The notes under the pieces: generated by a model | Told to the model about the DNA's origin: nothing | The model's input: the letters and a program-made list of their open reading frames with translations, nothing else | Databases searched by the model: none | Shown here: piece after piece, positions 58,900 through 64,000 of the stretch | Layout: the number at the start of each line of letters is the position of its first letter | Numbering within the stretch: the stretch's first letter is position 1 | Source of the DNA: Clostridiales bacterium UBA1701 | GTDB lineage: Bacteria > Bacillota > Clostridia > Oscillospirales > Oscillospiraceae | Length of the DNA stretch: 64,000 bases | Assembly: GCA_002320035.1 (NCBI GenBank) | Contig: DCJL01000017.1 | Span: forward strand, 45,120-109,119 | Direction of reading: 5' to 3' | Made by a program: the position numbers and the translations under genes

Positions 58900-59496
58900 A
58901 TGCGTTCTGTTGCCCCAATGAAGGTTGCCAAGATCGGCTATATTTTCATATCGGCAGCTCTCTGTTTTTTCGGGATTCTGCTGATTGTGGATCCGGAGAT
59001 TTCCCTTGCCGCGTTCGGCATCATCACCGGTGTGTGCCTCATCGTATTCGGTGTGATAAAAATAGTTGGTTATCTCTCAAAAGATCTGTATCGCCTTGCG
59101 TTTCAATATGATCTGGCTTTTGGGATCCTGATGATTGCGCTCGGCATCATGGTGATTCTCGAGCCGGACAATGTGATCGAAACGATCTGCATTGCAGTCG
59201 GTATCGCGTTTTTTATGGACGGCCTTCTGAAAATTCAGATTGCCATTGACGCGAAGACTTTTGGAATTTCAAAATGGTGGCTGATTCTTTCTGTCGCAAT
59301 CCTGGCTGGAGTTGTCGGCGTTCTGTTGATTTTTCGCACTTCGGAGAGCGCAAGAACCCTGATGATCTTTCTCGGAATCTCTCTGCTGATGGACGGAATC
59401 ATGAACTTGATCACGGTTCTGTCGACGGTGAAAATCATTCAAAATCAGTATCCGGATATCATCACGGAAGAGATCGTTGATGACTATGTCGAGTAA
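58900..59496 (+). CDS. Membrane protein, HdeD/DUF308-like
   Basis: 198 aa with six predicted TM segments and the repeating G..L...G pattern typical of DUF308. Confidence 0.5.
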   Translation: MRSVAPMKVAKIGYIFISAALCFFGILLIVDPEISLAAFGIITGVCLIVFGVIKIVGYLSKDLYRLAFQYDLAFGILMIALGIMVILEPDNVIETICIAVGIAFFMDGLLKIQIAIDAKTFGISKWWLILSVAILAGVVGVLLIFRTSESARTLMIFLGISLLMDGIMNLITVLSTVKIIQNQYPDIITEEIVDDYVE

Positions 59497-59538
59497 GAGA
59501 CTACACAGCAAAAAGAGATTATTTGCAGGGGAACTGAA

Positions 59539-60907
59539 ATGTTAGACAGACAGAGAAACAATACACCAGTGGTGGGAATTCCTCGCGCTTTACTGTACCA
59601 CCGCTATGGCATGTTATGGAGCGAGTTCTTTGATGAGTTGGGCGTAAAGACCGTTCTCAGTCCTCAGAGCAACCGGGAGATCCTGGAGCGCGGCTCGGCC
59701 ATCGCCATTGATGAAACCTGCCTGAGCAACAAGCTCTACATGGGCCATGTGGACGCGCTGATTGGCAAATGTGATGCTATTTTTATTCCCCGCTACAGCA
59801 ATTACGGTCGGAGGGAGGGCTTTTGCTCCCGTTTTGAAGGCCTGTACGATCAGGCACGCAACGTATTCCGGGATACGCCGCAGCGCGTTCTCTCTTGTAA
59901 TGTCGATGTGTTGCATCATCACAGTGAAGCGCAGGCGTTTGAAGACCTGGGAAAAGCTCTTGGCTTTTCCGGCCGGGAGGCACGACGCGCCTATCATTGA
60001 TGAGAAAAACGCCATTCTGGCGAGCTCGTATATCTGGACAGAGGGCAATCCCATCGCAGCGGTCAAAAAGCTGGTGGGGCTGCTGGAGGAACAGTTCGAC
60101 AAGGATACCTATACGGTGGCTGCAACAGGAACAACGGGGAGCGCACGGCGGTTGGTCGGTTCTATTGTCGGTGCGACGGTGGTGAAAAATGAAATCACTG
60201 CCCACGCAGTCGGTACAACGACCTTTCACCCCGACGTCCATACAATTCTAGAGATTGGTGGACAGGATTCCAAGATCATCCTGGTGGAAAACGGTGTGGC
60301 TGTAGATTACGCCATGAACACGCTCTGCGCCGCAGGAACCGGAGCATTTCTTTCTAGTCAGGCGCGCAGGCTCGGCATTGAGGTGGAGGAGATGGGGCCG
60401 TTTGCGCTCCGCTCGGCACACCCGACGCCTATCGCCGCGCGCTGCACGGTCTTTGCCGAATCGGATCTGGTGCACAAGATCCAAATGGGGCATCCGAGGG
60501 AGGACATCATCGCCGGCGTCTGCAACGCAGTTGCGGCAAACTACCTAAACAATGTGGGAAAAGGGAAAAAGATCGCCACCCCAGTGGTGTTTCAGGGCGG
60601 CGTAAGCAAAAATGTCGGTGTTGTAAAAGCCTTTGAGGATATGCTGCACTGCAGTGTGACCGTAGACGAAAACGGGCATCTGATGGGCGTCATGGGTGCA
60701 GCTATCCTGGCCCGCCGCGGAACTGATCGCAATGGCTTTGATTTCAACATTGAAAACATGGAATTTGTTACACGCGAAGTCGGCTGTGGACGCTGCTCCA
60801 ATAACTGCGAGATCATCAACGTCTATCGAGATGGTCAGCTTATCGATTCCTGGGGCAACTGTTGCGAGCGCGGTGCAGTTAAGATTCCTATTGCCAGCGG
60901 TCAATAA
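59539..60907 (+). pseudogene. Acyl-CoA dehydratase-activase-related genes, apparently fused by an internal deletion (DUF2229-like N-fragment plus a BcrAD/BadFG ATPase lacking its N-terminus)
   Basis: ORF1 (VVGIPRALLYHRYGMLWSEFF..) stops at 153 aa. The next frame resumes at ..IIDEKNAILASSY..EIGGQDSKII..CAAGTGAFL without the GxDxGST phosphate-1 loop. Confidence 0.45.
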
Positions 60908-60959
60908 AGGATAGCTTTTTTGTTCTCGCCCAAATTGAATAAGAGAGGAACGAGAGAAA

Positions 60960-61772
60960 TTGAAAAAAACACGCAAAGCTGCCGAGGATAGTCTTCGCTG
61001 GCAGTGGAAGCATAACCGCTGGGCATTTATCACATGGATCCTGCTGCGCCTGTTCGTTTTGGCTGCCATGATCTATTCTACCGTGCAGGGCGATTATGAA
61101 AATGTATTTATTTGTCTGCTGGTACTGTTCCTTTTCCTGCTGCCATCCATTTTGCAGAAACGCTTGGGAATCGCATTTCCTTCCGGATTTCAGATCGTTA
61201 TTTTGCTCCACATTTTTGCCTGTGAGATTCTTGGGGAAATCGCCTGCTATTACGTTCGTTATCCGCATTGGGACACCATTACGCATACTGTATGGGGCTT
61301 TTTGTGCGCGGCCATCGGTTATTCGCTTGTAGATATCCTGAATCAGGAGGATGCCACGCATTTTCATCTGTCACCGGCCTTCCTTGCCATCGTGGCCTTC
61401 TGCTTTTCCATGACGATTGGCGTGCTGTGGGAGTTCTTTGAGTTTGCTGCCGACCGCCTGTTTCTCATGGATATGCAGAAGGATACCGTCGTTACGAGCT
61501 TTTCCAGCGTAATGCTCGATCCCACGCAGAGCAACATACCGATTTTCGTGGACGGTATCACAGATGTAGCCATCAACGGAGAGAGTTTGGGCCTCGGAGG
61601 ATATCTGGACATTGGGCTTTTTGATACGATGGAGGATCTGTTCGTGAACATGATCGGCGCCTTGACCTTCTCCCTGATCGGCTTCTTCCGGTCTCGCAGA
61701 GAAAACGCTAGAAGGATTGCGGAGCAGTTTATCCCGCAGGTCATCACAAAGGCTTCAGCGCCGGAGGCCTAA
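60960..61772 (+). CDS. Integral membrane protein, hypothetical
   Basis: 270 aa, multi-TM, TTG start. I cannot assign a family confidently. Confidence 0.5.
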   Translation: MKKTRKAAEDSLRWQWKHNRWAFITWILLRLFVLAAMIYSTVQGDYENVFICLLVLFLFLLPSILQKRLGIAFPSGFQIVILLHIFACEILGEIACYYVRYPHWDTITHTVWGFLCAAIGYSLVDILNQEDATHFHLSPAFLAIVAFCFSMTIGVLWEFFEFAADRLFLMDMQKDTVVTSFSSVMLDPTQSNIPIFVDGITDVAINGESLGLGGYLDIGLFDTMEDLFVNMIGALTFSLIGFFRSRRENARRIAEQFIPQVITKASAPEA

Positions 61773-61797
61773 CCGCAGAAAGCAGGAGGTAAACCAC

Positions 61798-62628
61798 ATG
61801 CAGATGAAAAACAGAATCATCTATGGCTCCATTATGATTGCTATTTTGCTCCTCTGTGTTTTCCTTTCGCCGATCACACGAGTATTGGGCTTTGCTCTGG
61901 CCGGATGTCTCTGTGCCTATGAGTACAGTCATCAGATGGAGAAGCTGAATATGTTCTGCTCTCTTCATGTCATGTTGCTGTATCTGCTTGTACAGGCGGT
62001 TTTTACGATTCTGCATGTCGGCCTTGCTGCATACTGCGCTTGTTTCATAGGGGCTGTGTATCTGGCCATGTTCTCCGGGGTCCTCCGAAAGCGCGTGAAC
62101 GGAAATGGTGCTCTTGACACGGCCGCCGGTCTTACTTACCCCTGCGTCCTGTTCAGCGCTATCATGGTCATCGGCAACAGCGACATCTGGCTGGAAACCC
62201 TGTCGCTTGCCTGCCTGGGTACATGGGTGTGCGACACAGGTGCCATGCTTGGAGGGAGGCGGTTTGGAAAGCACAAACTGGCCCCCGCCATTTCTCCCAA
62301 CAAAACCGTAGAAGGAGCTTTCTGGGGCGCAGGGACTGCCATCCTTACCGGAGTCGTTGTGTATCTGCTCGGCATTGGGTTCCGGGGCATGACATGGATC
62401 GGGACTCTATATACCCCGGTTCCCCTGTGGCTCTGTGTGCTGACATGCCTTGTCAGTTCAAGTATGGGGCAGATTGGTGATCTTGTGGAATCTCTCATCA
62501 AGCGCATGATCGGCGTCAAGGACTTTTCCAATCTGATCCCTGGCCACGGCGGAATGTTTGACCGGGCGGACAGCCTTTTGTTCTCCATTCCCACCGCCTA
62601 CCTCTGCCTGCGCCTGGCGGGACTGTGA
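61798..62628 (+). CDS. cdsA: Phosphatidate cytidylyltransferase
   Basis: SPNKTVEGAFWG and GQIGDLVESLIKRMIGVKDFSNLIPGHGGMFDRADS. GGAGG RBS before the ATG at 61798. Confidence 0.92.
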   Translation: MQMKNRIIYGSIMIAILLLCVFLSPITRVLGFALAGCLCAYEYSHQMEKLNMFCSLHVMLLYLLVQAVFTILHVGLAAYCACFIGAVYLAMFSGVLRKRVNGNGALDTAAGLTYPCVLFSAIMVIGNSDIWLETLSLACLGTWVCDTGAMLGGRRFGKHKLAPAISPNKTVEGAFWGAGTAILTGVVVYLLGIGFRGMTWIGTLYTPVPLWLCVLTCLVSSSMGQIGDLVESLIKRMIGVKDFSNLIPGHGGMFDRADSLLFSIPTAYLCLRLAGL

Positions 62629-62669
62629 GGTACTTATGGAAGAAAGCATTGGGGGGGAGGTTTACACCC

Positions 62670-63373
62670 ATGAAGAAGCAGCGGGTTGATTACAGCGGTT
62701 TCTCCCTGAAGCGTCTGAATGAGCCGCACTTTGCCCACACCAAGCTGCTGGTTGGCTGGCTAATCTATTTCGCCATGTATTTTCTAACGGAGAATCTGAT
62801 CCCACCGGAGCGCTGTCACGTGATCCACGGCTTTCTGGACGATGTGATCCCGTTCCGGGAGGGTTTTGTGGTTTTCTACGTGGGCTGGTTTTTTCTGGTT
62901 GCGGCTCACAGGCCTACACCTTCTTTTACGATGTGAAGAGCTTCAAGAAGCTGCAGGTCTACATCATGATCACACAGGCAGTGGCTATGCTCTGCTATAT
63001 CGTCTATCCCAGTGTGCAGGATCTGCGCCCAGCGGTTTTCCCAAGGCAGAACGTCTTTACCTGGGTGCTGGGCATCATCTATACCTTTGACACCCCAACC
63101 GGGGTCTGCCCGTCGCTGCATGTGGCCTACTCGCTGGGGATTTTCTCTGTCGCATTGAAGGACAAGGATCTGAGCGGATGGCTCAAGGCAGCGCTGACGC
63201 TGTTCGTGCTGATGGTGTGTATGGCGGTCTGCTTTGTCAAGCAGCACTCCTCCATTGACGTGTTGGCCGCTCTTCCGGTCTGCCTGCTGGCGGAGATCCT
63301 CGTCTATGGGAAGGACTACTGGCAGCCGAAGTGTCGGCATCTGTTTTCAACCGTAAGAAGAAAAATGGCATAG
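62670..63373 (+). pseudogene. PAP2-family (phosphatase or sphingomyelin-synthase-like) membrane protein split by one frameshift
   Basis: Two adjacent ORFs. The second has CPSLHVAYS and KQHSSIDVLA (PAP2 motifs). The frames switch near 62890-62912, next to a T6 run. Confidence 0.55.
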
Positions 63374-63704
63374 TCTGCCATTGAAATCCCGCAGGGATGC
63401 TTGACCAAAAACATTTGCACAATGAGTCGTCTGTACAACAAATCATCAACGAAGGAGAAGCAACATGTCTGACTACTGCTAATGGAATAACAGGTTCGGT
63501 CAGTGCCGAACAGTTTAATTACGCGACCTCGTGTCGCGCGTAGACGAACGGATTGTATTTCATGGACTTGGAAAAGTTGATGGTGTTCAGGATTTTTATT
63601 CGGTAGCCCGCCTGCTGAAACATCTTTCCCGTTTCCAGAACAAGGGTGCCTTTCGGGAGTGTTTTGTCAAGATAAATAAAGGGAATATCTCACCCTTTTT
63701 TGCA

Positions 63705-63884
63705 TCAAAAATTCGATGATTTCACATCGTCCTTCATCAGTCGCTTCATTTTGTCCTCCAGCGTGTCCTTTGTGGTCTGGCTGAAATGAACTCCTACCAC
63801 ATAGGTGGTCTTGCCCAGCTTCATGCTGAATGTTCCTGCCGGACTTGTCTGTGCTGCTTTCGTTTTGGCTGCTGCCTGTTCCAT
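63705..63884 (-). CDS. tnpW: TnpW-family transposon-associated small protein
   Basis: MEQAAAKTKAAQTSPAGTFSMKLGKTTYVVGVHFSQTTKDTLEDKMKRLMKDD. GGAGG RBS before the ATG at 63884. Confidence 0.65.
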   Translation of the reverse strand: MEQAAAKTKAAQTSPAGTFSMKLGKTTYVVGVHFSQTTKDTLEDKMKRLMKDDVKSSNF

Positions 63885-64000
63885 GTGCGACACCTCCTGT
63901 AAAAAAGGCCGACAAAGGAAAGGCTGACAACGAAGTCCTGACAACGGACATCAGAAAACCTTAAAACTCTGTCGGGCAGATGCTCTATTTTCTTTTTCTT

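Noticed and set aside
63531-63719. A 62-aa + strand ORF near the right edge.
   Set aside because: It has no RBS or motif. The opposite strand carries a more meaningful T4CP-like fragment.

Overview
This 64-kb window comes from a fairly GC-rich Firmicute. The Clostridia-type gene order suggests an Oscillospiraceae/Ruminococcaceae-like organism, but that is inference only. No searches were run: all product calls rest on motifs I recognise in the supplied translations plus my own reading of the DNA.

**Layout**
- **1-13.1 kb:** a tightly packed ribosomal-protein cluster on the + strand. It covers the end of the S10 operon, the spc operon with secY-adk-map-infA-rpmJ, and the alpha operon rpsM-rpsK-rpsD-rpoA-rplQ.
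- **13.1-16.4 kb:** clpB plus a ribbon-helix-helix gene on the - strand.
- **16.5-46.3 kb:** a tRNA-Ser(CGA) integration hotspot holding nested mobile elements. An outer, decayed element has a frameshifted integrase, an Xis-like gene, MazF fused to a zinc ribbon, and a frameshifted sigma-like gene. Inside its tRNA gene sits an intact, visibly AT-rich integrative mobilizable element of about 26 kb.
- **The inner element** is bounded by the two halves of a split tRNA-Ser. It carries its own complete tRNA-Ser, an integrase, a ParB-like protein, relaxase/MobC, an IS3 copy, and a roughly 13.7-kb co-directional - strand gene string of ten tightly packed ORFs.
- **That gene string** encodes SspD-SspB-SspC-SspA-type DNA phosphorothioation genes, then a PLD-nuclease/SF2-helicase, an SMC/DndD-like ATPase and a small protein (an SspFGH-like restriction module), two micro-ORFs, and unexpectedly a full-length RpoD-like sigma factor.
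- **47-63.4 kb:** ordinary chromosome. It contains metK, a radical SAM gene, membrane/glycolipid genes, a RelQ-like alarmone synthetase, oleate hydratase flanked by two TetR paralogues, cdsA, and several apparently disrupted genes.
- **63.4-64 kb:** the edge of another mobile-element remnant (tnpW).

**Most interesting items**
- the defence operon with an embedded sigma factor
- the nested insertion that splits a tRNA gene while supplying a replacement tRNA
- two unexplained hairpin-rich non-coding regions (4152-4433 and 58402-58663)
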